In this document: positions 26,140-37,159 of the stretch, in pieces | Numbering within the stretch: position 1 is the first letter of the stretch | Layout of the letters: each line of letters opens with the position of its first letter | Source: Thermaceae bacterium | Lineage (GTDB): Bacteria; Deinococcota; Deinococci; Deinococcales; Thermaceae | Length of the DNA stretch: 64,000 nt | Assembly: GCA_015478585.1 (NCBI GenBank) | Contig: JADMIM010000008.1 | Coordinates: 5,784-69,783, forward strand | Reading direction: 5' to 3' | Made by a program: the position numbers and the translations under genes | The notes under the pieces: model-generated | Database searches by the model: none | Told to the model about the DNA's origin: nothing | Seen by the model: only the letters and a program-made list of their open reading frames with translations

Positions 26140-27656
26140 TAGCCCGCATTATGGCGGAACCCTTGCTCTCCCTCCAAGGCATTACCAAGCGCTTTCCGGG
26201 GGTGGTAGCCAACGACGGGGTGAGCCTGGAGGTTTATCCTGGCGAGGTGCTGGCCCTGCTGGGTGAGAACGGGGCCGGGAAAAGTACGCTGGTCAGCATT
26301 CTGTATGGCCTGTACCGGCCCGACGAGGGTGAAATCCTGCTCGAGGGCCGCCCGGTGCAGATTGCCTCGCCCAGCCACGCCCTGCGCCAGGGGATTGGCC
26401 TAGTGCCACAGCATCCCATGCTGGTAGGCCGCCATAGCGTAGCCGAAAACCTGGCCCTGGGCATCGGAAGCAAGCTGTTTCCGGCCCAGCGCATCGTCCC
26501 CCTGATTGAAAAAATTGCCGGAGCCTACGGCCTGAACATTGACCCCCAAGCCCCTGTACACACCCTCTCGCCCGGCGAAAAACAGCGTGTGGAAATCGTG
26601 CGCTCGCTGTTGGGAGGGGCGCGAATCCTCATTCTTGACGAGCCCACCAGCGTGCTCACCCCGCAGGAAGCCGAGGCTTTGTTCAAGGTCATGCGGGGGT
26701 TGCGCTCGGCAGGCAAATCGCTGATTTTTATCTCCCACAAGCTCGAGGAAGTGCTCGCCATCTCCGACCGCATTACCGTGCTCAGGCGCGGCAAGGTGGT
26801 GGATAGCCTGCTAGTAGCCCAGGCCAGCAAGGCCAGGCTGTCCGAACTGATGGTAGGGCGCAGCGTGAGCTTTGACCGCAAGCGCAGCCAGCCGAAACTA
26901 GGCCAACCAGTTTTACAGGTGCGGGGTTTGAAGGCTAGATCGAGCCGGGGCCTCGAGGCTTTGCGGGGGGTAGATTTCACCCTGCGCTCGGGTGAAATCT
27001 TGGGTGTGGCGGGGGTTGCCGGAAATGGTCAAAGTGAGCTGGTGGAGGTTTTGTCGGGCCTGCGCCCCATGGAATCGGGTTGGGTTGAGTTGGGGGGAAA
27101 GACCAAAAACATCCGGGCCAACCCGGCCGAGCTTTTTGAGATGGGCGTAGCGCATATCCCCGAAGACCGCATTCATATGGGCACGGTTCCTAGCATGAGC
27201 GTGGCCGAAAACCTGGCCCTGCGCCAGTACAACCAGCCCCCGCTGGCCCACGGGTGGTTTACCGATGCCCAGCAACTCGAGGCCAACGCCAAAGCCAAAG
27301 TGCAAGAATATGCTGTTGCCACCCCCAGCATCCATACCCCCAGCGGGCTCCTGTCGGGCGGAAACATCCAGAAGGTGATTCTGGCTCGGGAGCTTTCCGG
27401 CATTCCCAAGCTGATTCTGGCGGTTCATCCCACCTATGGCCTAGACATCGGGGCCACCGAGCAAGTACACCAGGTGCTGCTCGACAAAACCCTGCAAGGC
27501 GCAGCCGTGTTGCTGGTTTCTGAAGACCTCGAGGAGATTCTCTCGCTATGCGACCAAGTGGCCGTGCTCTATCACGGTGAGCTAAAAGGGCCGTTTGCGG
27601 TGGAATCGGCCACCCGCGAGTCGCTGGGTCTCTTGATGACCGGAGGTGTGGTTTGA
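26136..27656 (+). CDS. Nucleoside/purine ABC transporter ATP-binding protein (double ATPase)
   Basis: GENGAGKST, LDEPT, ISHKL, IPEDR, LSGGNIQK, LLVSEDL. Confidence 0.92.
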   Translation: MIARIMAEPLLSLQGITKRFPGVVANDGVSLEVYPGEVLALLGENGAGKSTLVSILYGLYRPDEGEILLEGRPVQIASPSHALRQGIGLVPQHPMLVGRHSVAENLALGIGSKLFPAQRIVPLIEKIAGAYGLNIDPQAPVHTLSPGEKQRVEIVRSLLGGARILILDEPTSVLTPQEAEALFKVMRGLRSAGKSLIFISHKLEEVLAISDRITVLRRGKVVDSLLVAQASKARLSELMVGRSVSFDRKRSQPKLGQPVLQVRGLKARSSRGLEALRGVDFTLRSGEILGVAGVAGNGQSELVEVLSGLRPMESGWVELGGKTKNIRANPAELFEMGVAHIPEDRIHMGTVPSMSVAENLALRQYNQPPLAHGWFTDAQQLEANAKAKVQEYAVATPSIHTPSGLLSGGNIQKVILARELSGIPKLILAVHPTYGLDIGATEQVHQVLLDKTLQGAAVLLVSEDLEEILSLCDQVAVLYHGELKGPFAVESATRESLGLLMTGGVV

Positions 27657-28747
27657 ACAAACCGCCTCCCAGCCTTCGGCGCTGGGTTTTCGAGCCCGAC
27701 CCCAACCCGCCTGCCTCGAGGCTGTGGCTGGTCTCGCTGCTGGCAATTCTGGCGGCCTTTCTGGCCTCGGGGTTGATTTTCTGGGCCTATGGGGTTTCGC
27801 CGCTCACGGCCTATATCACCGTCATCCAGGGCACTTTGTTCGACTCCACCGGTCTGGCCGAGGTGCTGCGGCGCTTTATTCCGCTGGTGCTCATTGGTTC
27901 GGGCCTGACCCTGGCTTTTCGGGCGCAGTTCTTCAATATCGGAGCTGAGGGCCAACTCTTGATGGGGGCCGTGGCGGCGGCAGGTATCGCCCTCTTCGTA
28001 CCATTACCTGCTGCGCTGGTGCTTCCGACCATGTTTGTCGTGGGCTTCTTGGCGGGTGGGGCCTATGCCCTGGTGGCGGCTGTCCTCAAAGCGCGGCTAG
28101 GGGTCAACGAAATCCTCACCACCTTGATGTTCAACTATGTTGCTAGCTACCTGGTGATTTACCTGATCAACGGCCCCTGGCAGGGCAAGACCGTGCGGGG
28201 TTTTGCCTATACCGATCCCTTCCCGCCCGCCGCGGTGCTGCCCACCCTGCCGGGAACCCTGGTTCACTGGCCCACCCTGATTTTGGGTCTGATAATGACC
28301 GTGTTCCTGCAACTGCTGCTTAGCCGCTCGGTGCTGGGCTACGAGCTGCGCGTGGCCGGAGCCAACCCCACCGCCGCTCGCTACGCGGGAATCTCGGCAA
28401 CCAAGGTGGTCTGGCTGGTAGCCCTGTGCTCGGGTGGGGCCGCCGGGCTGGCAGGGGTGGGCGAGGCGGCGGGCATTCACCAAAAGCTCCTCGACCCTTC
28501 CCAGATTTCCCTGGGCTATGGCTTCACAGCGGTTATCGTGGCCTATCTGGCTCGAGGCAATCCCATCCTGACCATTCCTACCGCCCTCTTGATGGCGATA
28601 CTTTTCGCTGGGGGCGACGTGATGAAGGTCAGCTTGCAGATGCCATTTCGGGTGATAGATGCCCTCAGTGGCCTGCTGCTGTTGTTTTTGATTGGCAGCG
28701 AACGGCTGGTGGAATACCGCTTGCGGCGCAAGGAGAACCCCCAATGA
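27653..28747 (+). CDS. Nucleoside ABC transporter permease
   Basis: FNIGAEGQL, VNEILTTLMFNY, GYELRVAGANPTAARYAGI, GYGFTAVIVA. Confidence 0.9.
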   Translation: MNKPPPSLRRWVFEPDPNPPASRLWLVSLLAILAAFLASGLIFWAYGVSPLTAYITVIQGTLFDSTGLAEVLRRFIPLVLIGSGLTLAFRAQFFNIGAEGQLLMGAVAAAGIALFVPLPAALVLPTMFVVGFLAGGAYALVAAVLKARLGVNEILTTLMFNYVASYLVIYLINGPWQGKTVRGFAYTDPFPPAAVLPTLPGTLVHWPTLILGLIMTVFLQLLLSRSVLGYELRVAGANPTAARYAGISATKVVWLVALCSGGAAGLAGVGEAAGIHQKLLDPSQISLGYGFTAVIVAYLARGNPILTIPTALLMAILFAGGDVMKVSLQMPFRVIDALSGLLLLFLIGSERLVEYRLRRKENPQ

Positions 28748-29598
28748 ACGAGCTGCTCTCGGTTTTGGGCCAGGCCGTCGCCTTTGGCACGCCTATCCTG
28801 CTAGCGGCCTTGGGCGAGGTGGTCGCCGAGCGGGCTGGGGTAGTCAATCTGGGGGTGGAAGGCATGATGGCGCTGGGGGCCTTGGCAGCTTTTGCGACGG
28901 CTCAGACTACCGGAAATTTGCTGCTGGGTTTGCTGATGGGAGTGCTGGTGGGAGCCCTGGCCGCAGCTATACATGCTCTGGTAGCGGTAACGTTGCGGGC
29001 CAATCAGTTTGTGTCTGGTCTGGCCCTGACCGCCTTGGGTCTGGGGGTTTCGGGCTTGCTGGGGCAGCATTTTGTGGGCTCACCTTTGCTCGAGCCCCTG
29101 CCTGGAGCCGAGTTTCGGATTGGGGCGGTGCTGTTGGCAATAGGGGTGTGGGGGGTGCTATACCTGACCCAGACCGGTTTGATCCTGCGCTCGGTAGGGG
29201 AGAACCCCGGTGCTGTGGATGTGATGGGTATCTCGGTGGTGCGGGTGCGCTGGTTGGCGGTGCTCTTTGGCGGGGCTATGGCCGGGTTGGCGGGTTCCTA
29301 TCTTTCGCTCTCCTACCGACCAGCCTGGGTAGATGGCACTACGGCGGGTCTGGGCTGGATTGCGGTGGCCCTGACCATCTTCGTGGGCTGGCATCCAGTG
29401 CGGGCCATACTGGGTGCGTTTTTTTTCGGTTTGCTCTACCACCTGGCCTTTCGGCTTCAGGGCCGGGTGCCGTCGGAGTTTTTGCTGATGCTGCCGTATT
29501 TGCTGGTGGTGGTGGTGCTCTCCCTGGCTGCTCTACGCCGTCAGCAGGGCGCGGCTCCTGAAGCGCTGGGGCTACCCTACAAGCGGGGCGAGCGCTAA
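28744..29598 (+). CDS. Nucleoside ABC transporter permease
   Basis: ERAGVVNLGVEG, LRSVGENP, GLGWIAVAL, PYLL, APEALGLPY. Confidence 0.9.
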   Translation: MNELLSVLGQAVAFGTPILLAALGEVVAERAGVVNLGVEGMMALGALAAFATAQTTGNLLLGLLMGVLVGALAAAIHALVAVTLRANQFVSGLALTALGLGVSGLLGQHFVGSPLLEPLPGAEFRIGAVLLAIGVWGVLYLTQTGLILRSVGENPGAVDVMGISVVRVRWLAVLFGGAMAGLAGSYLSLSYRPAWVDGTTAGLGWIAVALTIFVGWHPVRAILGAFFFGLLYHLAFRLQGRVPSEFLLMLPYLLVVVVLSLAALRRQQGAAPEALGLPYKRGER

Positions 29599-29750
29599 GG
29601 TTAGATTGTTATTTATAACCCACTCTGCATGAGAATACAGTTTTGCGTTTTCCTCGATATCTTAGAATAAAGCCTTTCCAAAGGGCTGAAATCTTTCATA
29701 CAAGCGGGCTTGAAAGTCGGGGATAAATCTGTAAGAATGCACGGTGGAGG

Positions 29751-30908
29751 ATGGCTATGAAACTACGGTGGATTGCGCTAGCAGCGGTGTTTTTGGGGGC
29801 GATGGGGCTGGCCCAAAGCGCTAAACTCAAGGCTTGTTTTGTCTACGTGGGGCCGCCAGGAGATTACGGCTGGACTTTCGCCCACGACCAGGGCCGCAAA
29901 CTGGCGGAAAAGGCTCTGCCCTGGCTCGAGACCAAATACGTGGAGTCGGTACCCGAAGGCCAGGCCATGCCCTTTATTGACAAATTTGTCAAGGATGGCT
30001 GCCAGGTAATTTTCACCACCAGCTTCGGCTACATGGATGAGACCGTGGCTGCAGCCAAGAAGTATCCCAACGTAATTTTTGCCCACAACGCCGGATACAA
30101 GCGGGCTCCCAACTTGGCGACCTACATGGCCGATTTCTATCAGGTCTACTACCTGAGCGGCCTGATGGCCGGAGCCCTGACCAAAACCGATAAGGTCGGT
30201 TACGTGGGGGCTTATCCGGTTCCCGAGGTCAAGCGCCACATTGATGCCTTCGCCCTGGGGGTGCAGGCCACCAATCCCAAGGCTACCGTCAACGTGAAGT
30301 GGATCAACGCCTGGTTTGACCCGGCTAAGGCCGCCGAGGCCGCCAATGCTCTGATTGCCGAGGGCTCCGATGTCTTCTCCTACACCGAAGACTCCCCCAC
30401 CACCATCCAGGTTGCGGCTAAAAAGAACCTCCTAGCCATTGGTAGCCACTATTCCCCGATGCTCAAATATGCCCCCAATAACGTAGTCTCGGGCCAGATT
30501 GTCCACTGGGACAAAATTTACATTGACTTCCTCACCAAAGTCCACAACGGTACTTATACCAACAAAAACCTGCAAAACGTGGACTACTGGTGGCTGCTAA
30601 GCCACAACGCAGTAGAACTGGGGGCCGATATCAACATGCCCATCAACCCCAAGTTCATCCCGGCCCTCAAGGCCAAAATGGTCAAGGATTCTGCTGGCAA
30701 AATGGTTTCGGTCTACGACCTGGTAATGACCCAGCTCAAGGAAATGTCACAGCCCAAACCCAGCTTTGATCCCTTTACTGGGCCCCTCAAAGACCGCAAT
30801 GGGGTATTGCGTGTTCCAGCGGGCAAAACCATGACCGAGGAAGAACTCACCAGCATGGAGTGGGCCGCACCAGGGGTAGTGGGAGCCTGGCCTAACGAGC
30901 CGAAATAG
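29751..30908 (+). CDS. BMP-family ABC substrate-binding protein (purine/nucleoside)
   Basis: Signal peptide, DYGWTFAHDQGR, TTSFGYM, PVPEVKRHIDAFALG, WFDP. Confidence 0.9.
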   Translation: MAMKLRWIALAAVFLGAMGLAQSAKLKACFVYVGPPGDYGWTFAHDQGRKLAEKALPWLETKYVESVPEGQAMPFIDKFVKDGCQVIFTTSFGYMDETVAAAKKYPNVIFAHNAGYKRAPNLATYMADFYQVYYLSGLMAGALTKTDKVGYVGAYPVPEVKRHIDAFALGVQATNPKATVNVKWINAWFDPAKAAEAANALIAEGSDVFSYTEDSPTTIQVAAKKNLLAIGSHYSPMLKYAPNNVVSGQIVHWDKIYIDFLTKVHNGTYTNKNLQNVDYWWLLSHNAVELGADINMPINPKFIPALKAKMVKDSAGKMVSVYDLVMTQLKEMSQPKPSFDPFTGPLKDRNGVLRVPAGKTMTEEELTSMEWAAPGVVGAWPNEPK

Positions 30909-30924
30909 TCTCAAATGCCAAACT

Positions 30925-30954
30925 GTAGGGGCGGGCCTCGAGGCCCGCCCTTTC
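30925..30954 (+). terminator. GTAG-REP-like hairpin, probable terminator after the BMP gene
   Basis: GTAG-GGGCGGGCC-TCGA-GGCCCGCCC-TTT, a perfect 9-bp stem. Confidence 0.6.
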
Positions 30955-31121
30955 CCTTGACCCGCAAAGCGGCCCGATGCAGTAATACCGGCTTCACCAA
31001 GATAGTGTTCAAAGCGTTTTAGAGGCCCATCTTGGTGAAGCCTAGTAGACTCCTGCTAGTCGGGTTAGATAGGCACCGTTCGGTGCCTATCTAACCGAAC
31101 TTGGTATAAAATTCCCGGAAT

Positions 31122-32873
31122 ATGCCTAAGCCGCCCAGCCTCGAGCAACTCCAGCTTGTCGTAGACACCGCAATGGGGCGTGAGCCGGGGACGCTGCTGC
31201 TCAAAAACGCTCGGCTGGTCAACGTGTTTACCCTGGAGGTTCGAGAAACCCACGTGCTGCTAGCGGGTTCGCTGATTGCGGCGATTGGCCCGGAGTACGC
31301 CCAGGCCAGGGCCACCCAAACCGTAGACCTCAAGGGGGCTTATCTGGCTCCGGGCCTGATTGACGGTCATCTGCATATCGAGTCCTCCTTGGTTACGCCC
31401 GCCGAGTATGCCCGTGCGGTGGTTCCGCGCGGCGTTACCGCAATGGTGGCCGACCCCCACGAAATCGGCAATGCTGCGGGGGTTGCGGGGATCGAGTGGA
31501 TGATTGGCTCGAGCCAGGGCCTGCCACTGGAGGTCTGGTTCTGCGTTCCCAGCTCGGTGCCGAGCACCAAGCTCGAGACCAGTGGGGCCTGCTTGGGTCT
31601 GGTCGAAATCGAACATCTGTTGGGACATCCCAGCGTGGTAGGCGTAGCCGAGTTGATGAGCTTCCCCGATATTCTGGCGGCCTCGACTTTCGAGCTGGAG
31701 AAAGTTCGGCTGGCCGAGCAGTATGGCAAATCCCCCGAAGGCCACGCGCCCACCCTGATGGGCCAGCCCTTACAGGCCTATCTGGCCACGGGCATCACCT
31801 CTGACCACGAGAGCACCACCCTAGCAGAAGGCCGAGCCAAGCTCGAGGCGGGATGCTTCCTGATGGTGCGCGAAGGCTCTACCACGCGCAACCTCGAGGC
31901 CCTGGTCTCGCTGCTTAGCGCTGCGCACGGCGACCGGATTGGCCTAGTTACCGATGACCGCCTGCCGTCTGACCTGCTCAGTGAGGGTGGGGTAGATTTC
32001 CTGGTGCGCAAGGCCATTGCCCTGGGGGCCGATCCGCTGTATGCCATTCGGGCTGCGAGTTGGAACGTCGCCCGGCACTACCGTCTGACTCGCCGGGGGG
32101 CCATCGCACCCGGATATCAAGCCGATTTGGTCGTACTAGACGATTTGAACAGTTTCCGGGCGGTGGCGGTTTACCAGGCTGGGCGTGAGGTCGCAGCCCA
32201 GGGCCAACTTAGGGTTCATTTGCCCAAACACCCCCCTTCAGCCGCCGTTTCGGATACCGTGCGGCTGCCTGCGCTTTCGGCTGAGGACTTCAAAATCTCG
32301 GCTACAGAAGGCTTAGTGCGGGTGATGCGGGCTATCCCCCGTCAGGTTTTGACCGTCGAAGAGCACCTCGAGCCTACTATTCAAGGTGAGGAAATCGTGG
32401 CCGACCCCCGCCGCGACCTGGCCAAGCTGGCCTGCCTCGAGCGCTATGGCAAAAACGGCAAGATTGGCAAGGGCCTGGTCACGGCTTTTGGCCTTCGTCA
32501 AGGGGCCCTGGCCTGCACTGTGGGTCACGACCACCACAACCTGATGGTGGTGGGGGTTTCGGACTCGGATATGGTGGTTGCAGCGAAGCGATTAGAGGCC
32601 CTGGGTGGGGGTATGGTGGCGGTGCGCCAGGGGGAGATTCTGGCTGAGCTGGCCCTACCCATCGCAGGTCTGATTACCGACGAGCCCATGCAACAGGTCA
32701 ACTTGCGTCTGGAGGCCCTCGAGCAGGCCGCCCAGAGCCTGGGGGTGACGATTCCCGACCCCTATATGGTGCTCTCTTTTTTGGGCCTGGCGGTCATTCC
32801 CGAGCTGCGCCTGACCGACTACGGGCTGGTGGACGTAATCAAGGGGGAATTGGTGTCCCTGGGGGTGGAATGA
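31122..32873 (+). CDS. ade: Adenine deaminase
   Basis: DGHLHIESS, VADPHEIGN, SDHE, VREGS, VTDD, HDHHN, LPIAGL, LAVIPELRLTDYGL. Confidence 0.95.
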   Translation: MPKPPSLEQLQLVVDTAMGREPGTLLLKNARLVNVFTLEVRETHVLLAGSLIAAIGPEYAQARATQTVDLKGAYLAPGLIDGHLHIESSLVTPAEYARAVVPRGVTAMVADPHEIGNAAGVAGIEWMIGSSQGLPLEVWFCVPSSVPSTKLETSGACLGLVEIEHLLGHPSVVGVAELMSFPDILAASTFELEKVRLAEQYGKSPEGHAPTLMGQPLQAYLATGITSDHESTTLAEGRAKLEAGCFLMVREGSTTRNLEALVSLLSAAHGDRIGLVTDDRLPSDLLSEGGVDFLVRKAIALGADPLYAIRAASWNVARHYRLTRRGAIAPGYQADLVVLDDLNSFRAVAVYQAGREVAAQGQLRVHLPKHPPSAAVSDTVRLPALSAEDFKISATEGLVRVMRAIPRQVLTVEEHLEPTIQGEEIVADPRRDLAKLACLERYGKNGKIGKGLVTAFGLRQGALACTVGHDHHNLMVVGVSDSDMVVAAKRLEALGGGMVAVRQGEILAELALPIAGLITDEPMQQVNLRLEALEQAAQSLGVTIPDPYMVLSFLGLAVIPELRLTDYGLVDVIKGELVSLGVE

Positions 32874-32977
32874 AGCTCCAGGTCGAACCAGGTTCAAAGG
32901 CGTGGGCCGCCGCACTGTGAGTTCCTCTCTAGACGGCTGAGGGTAAGGTCAGGGTACAATCAAATCCCGTGATAGTT

Positions 32978-33128
32978 TATCGCGGTTTTCATGACAAATT
33001 TGCTCGGGTAACGGCAGGGCCGTTATGGCTTTGTGCGCGACTCCGCCCTCTTCAACAGGGTTACTTAAGCGTCCCTCATATAAAAACCCTCAGGGATGAG
33101 TGACGCTTGTTCATGAAAACTGCTCTGG
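32978..33128. mobile_element. MITE-like element with the same TIR family
   Basis: TATCGCGGTTTTCATGA ... TCATGAAAACTGCTCT. Confidence 0.6.
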
Positions 33129-33214
33129 CCGTCCCGCCATTAGGGTTGGACGTTGACCACACCAAGGTTCTTTGAGGTCTGGCCTTTTGCGGCTAGCGTC
33201 TGGCGGAGGTTTTT

Positions 33215-34867
<1,653 letters not shown>

Positions 34868-34889
34868 GGAGGTTGGTCGGCGGAAGAGA

Positions 34890-35057
34890 GCTAAACGTAA
34901 GACGCTAAAAGCTAAATGCCGAATTCTGAAGGCTTAAAGTCAAAAACCAAAAAACATATATCGCGTCCTGGACGGTGTTTTTCGATAGAGTAATTGTACT
35001 GTCCTGGTGTAGCTTTAAGACTCTTTAATATTTTGGGCTTTGCCTCTAGTTTTTAGG
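34890..35057 (+). repeat. Heptamer-armed repeat with 56-bp core, copy 2 (core 34961-35016)
   Basis: CTAAACG TAAGACG CTAAAAG CTAAATG... core TCGCGTCCTGGACGG...GTAGCTTT ... T-rich heptamers. Confidence 0.78.
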
Positions 35058-35065
35058 GTTAGGCC

Positions 35066-35126
35066 CAAAATAAACGAGCTGGTGTAGGGGCGGGCCTGGC
35101 CTGGGTAGCCATAGTGTTGCCCCTAC
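35066..35126. repeat. GTAG-REP-like palindrome
   Basis: GTAGGGGC ... GCCCCTAC inverted ends; the reverse complement of 35066-35097 matches window positions 27-58 at 27 of 32 nt. Confidence 0.6.
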
Positions 35127-35194
35127 CAAAGCCAGATAACCGTAGTCCGGGCAGCGCAAACACTGGAAACTGCGATGGGCGTATACTTTGACAA

Positions 35195-35776
35195 ATGCGC
35201 GAATACATCCTCGAGCGGATTCACCGGGCCTTGGAACACCGTCCGGGCAGCGAACTTCCTCCACCTTTGGCCTTGCCCACCCTGTCGCCTGAGGAAGCCT
35301 TGAAGCTCTTCCAGGAGCGGCTCAACGCCAACGGGGGTGAGACGGTGCATCTGGACAATCTGGGGGCAGCCAGAGCCTGGCTTTTGGATTTTGCCCGCAG
35401 TTTTGCTGGGGTAGCCCTGGGCCTCGAGTTGCCCGAGTCGCTGCACCCTGATCTTCCCATCCTGCCCCCACAAGAAGCTCCCCTGGGCATCTCTTGGGCG
35501 CTAGGGGCTGTGGCCGAGACCGGAACCGTAATCGTAAGCAGCCAGGATGGTCGCCGCACCCAGCTTTTGCCCCCAACTCATCTGGTATTTATCCCACAGG
35601 AGCGGGTTTACGGAACACTTTTGGAGGCCCTGGCGGCCCTCCAAAGCGCCCTGCCCTCTGCCGTGGGCTTGCATAGCGGCCCTAGCAAGTCGGCAGATAT
35701 CGGGCAGATCATGGTCAAGGGCGTGCATGGCCCTGGTCGGCTGATTGCTGCGGTAGTCGCTGAACCCCAGGACTAG
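35195..35776 (+). CDS. LUD domain protein (LutC/YkgG-like)
   Basis: AVAETGTVIV, LLPPTHL, SGPSKSADIG, GVHGP; TATACT -10 box 7 nt upstream. Confidence 0.85.
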   Translation: MREYILERIHRALEHRPGSELPPPLALPTLSPEEALKLFQERLNANGGETVHLDNLGAARAWLLDFARSFAGVALGLELPESLHPDLPILPPQEAPLGISWALGAVAETGTVIVSSQDGRRTQLLPPTHLVFIPQERVYGTLLEALAALQSALPSAVGLHSGPSKSADIGQIMVKGVHGPGRLIAAVVAEPQD

Positions 35777-35850
35777 AGCGGTTTTCGCAAAGCACCTTGG
35801 GCTGGCTTGAGTATATTTACGGTGTCCGTCTGAGCAGAGAGCCGCGATAG
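35773..35850. mobile_element. MITE-like element with the same TIR family
   Basis: CTAGAGCGGTTTTC (overlaps the LUD gene TAG) ... GAGAGCCGCGATAG. Confidence 0.55.
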
Positions 35851-35868
35851 AGGCGGTTAACCCTCGAG

Positions 35869-36885
35869 CTACTGTCCTAAAATTAGGGCAAACATCAGCG
35901 GGGCAACGATGGAAGCATCGGACTCGACGATAAACTTGGGCGTGTCCACAGCCAGCTTGCCCCAGGTTATTTTCTCGTTTGGCACAGCCCCCGAATACGA
36001 GCCATAACTGGTGGTGGAGTCGGAAATCTGACAGAAGTAGCCCCACACCGGGATGTCCGGGCGCTGCATATCCTGGTGCAGCATCGGAACCACGCAGATC
36101 GGAAAATCTCCGGCGATGCCCCCGCCAATCTGGAAAAACCCAATGGACTGTTTGGCGGAGGTTTCCACGTACCAGTCGGCGAGCATCATCATGTATTCGA
36201 TGCCGGTGCGCACGGTATGGACGTTCTTGATGTCTCCGCTGAGGCAGTGCCCGGCATACATATTGCCGGTGGTGCTATCTTCCCAGCCTGGAACGATAAT
36301 GGGCAAGTCTTTTTCGGCGGCGGCTACCATCCAGGAGTCTTTGGGGTCAATCTGGTAATACTGCTTCAAGGCCCCCGAGCGAATAATTCGGTAGAGAAAC
36401 TGGTGCGGGAAGTAGTGCTCACCGGCCTGGTCGGCCCTTGTCCATTCGTCAATCAAGGCCCCCTCGAGCCGCCGCATGGCCTCCATCTCGGGGATACAGG
36501 TATCGGTGACGCGGTTCATGTGGCGATCCAGCAAACCTTGTTCTTCTTGAGGGGTGAGGTCGCGGTAGTGTGGGACGCGCTCGTAGTGGTCGTGAGCGAC
36601 CAGGTTGAAGAGGTCTTCCTCGAGGTTGGCCCCGGTGCAGGAGATGGCCGCAATCTTATCCTGGCGAATCATCTCCGCCAAGCTCAGCCCCATTTCTGCG
36701 GTGCTCATGGCCCCCGCTAGCGTGACCATCATGACCCCACCGGAGTCGAGGTGGCGCTGATAGGCTTCGGCAGCATCTACCAACGCGGCGGCGTTGAAGT
36801 GGCGGTAGTGGTGCTTGATGAACTGGCTGATAGCCCCTTTGACCTGTGGCTCACGGACTGCGGATGTGGTTTCACTGCGAGACAT
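35869..36885 (-). CDS. Deoxyhypusine synthase-like protein (polyamine aminobutyl transferase)
   Basis: TLAGAMST, TGANLEED, NRVTDTCIP, IGGGIAGD, GSYSGAVPNEKITWGKL (catalytic Lys), SDASIV. Confidence 0.88.
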   Translation of the reverse strand: MSRSETTSAVREPQVKGAISQFIKHHYRHFNAAALVDAAEAYQRHLDSGGVMMVTLAGAMSTAEMGLSLAEMIRQDKIAAISCTGANLEEDLFNLVAHDHYERVPHYRDLTPQEEQGLLDRHMNRVTDTCIPEMEAMRRLEGALIDEWTRADQAGEHYFPHQFLYRIIRSGALKQYYQIDPKDSWMVAAAEKDLPIIVPGWEDSTTGNMYAGHCLSGDIKNVHTVRTGIEYMMMLADWYVETSAKQSIGFFQIGGGIAGDFPICVVPMLHQDMQRPDIPVWGYFCQISDSTTSYGSYSGAVPNEKITWGKLAVDTPKFIVESDASIVAPLMFALILGQ

Positions 36886-36979
36886 AATCTAGACCCCCTT
36901 TGAACTATGGCTCGCGGGGTGAACGAACGGCTCCCCCCCAGGTGTACGGCTCGAGGCCGATTCCCCACGCCGGGCTGCC

Positions 36980-37040
36980 TGGAGCGGTTTTCATGACCAC
37001 TGCACAGGGTGGGTGCAGCAATCATGAAAACCCGCCATAG
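36980..37040. repeat. Short TIR-family element
   Basis: TGGAGCGGTTTTCATGA ... TCATGAAAACCCGC. Confidence 0.5.
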
Positions 37041-37117
37041 GCATCAAAACAGAAGTATACAGAAAATGTCAGGACAGAATCAGGTTAACAGCGCTTCCCG
37101 CCTGAGCCTCAGCCATG

Positions 37118-37145
37118 AAAAAGAGGGGAGATTCCCCCCTCTTTC
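37118..37145 (-). terminator. Intrinsic terminator of the Ser/Thr-rich gene
   Basis: On the minus strand, AAGAGGGG...CCCCTCTT stem followed by a T run, about 15 nt after the stop. Confidence 0.65.
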
Positions 37146-37159
37146 GAGTGACCGAGTGT

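Noticed and set aside
29599-29750. Possible purine riboswitch upstream of the BMP gene (also checked upstream of xdhA, ade and guaD)
   Set aside because: No AUAUGG / GUUUCUACC core; only short generic hairpins
35046-35264. 72-aa minus-strand ORF with CxxC
   Set aside because: Runs across the LUD promoter and a REP palindrome; no RBS; probably chance
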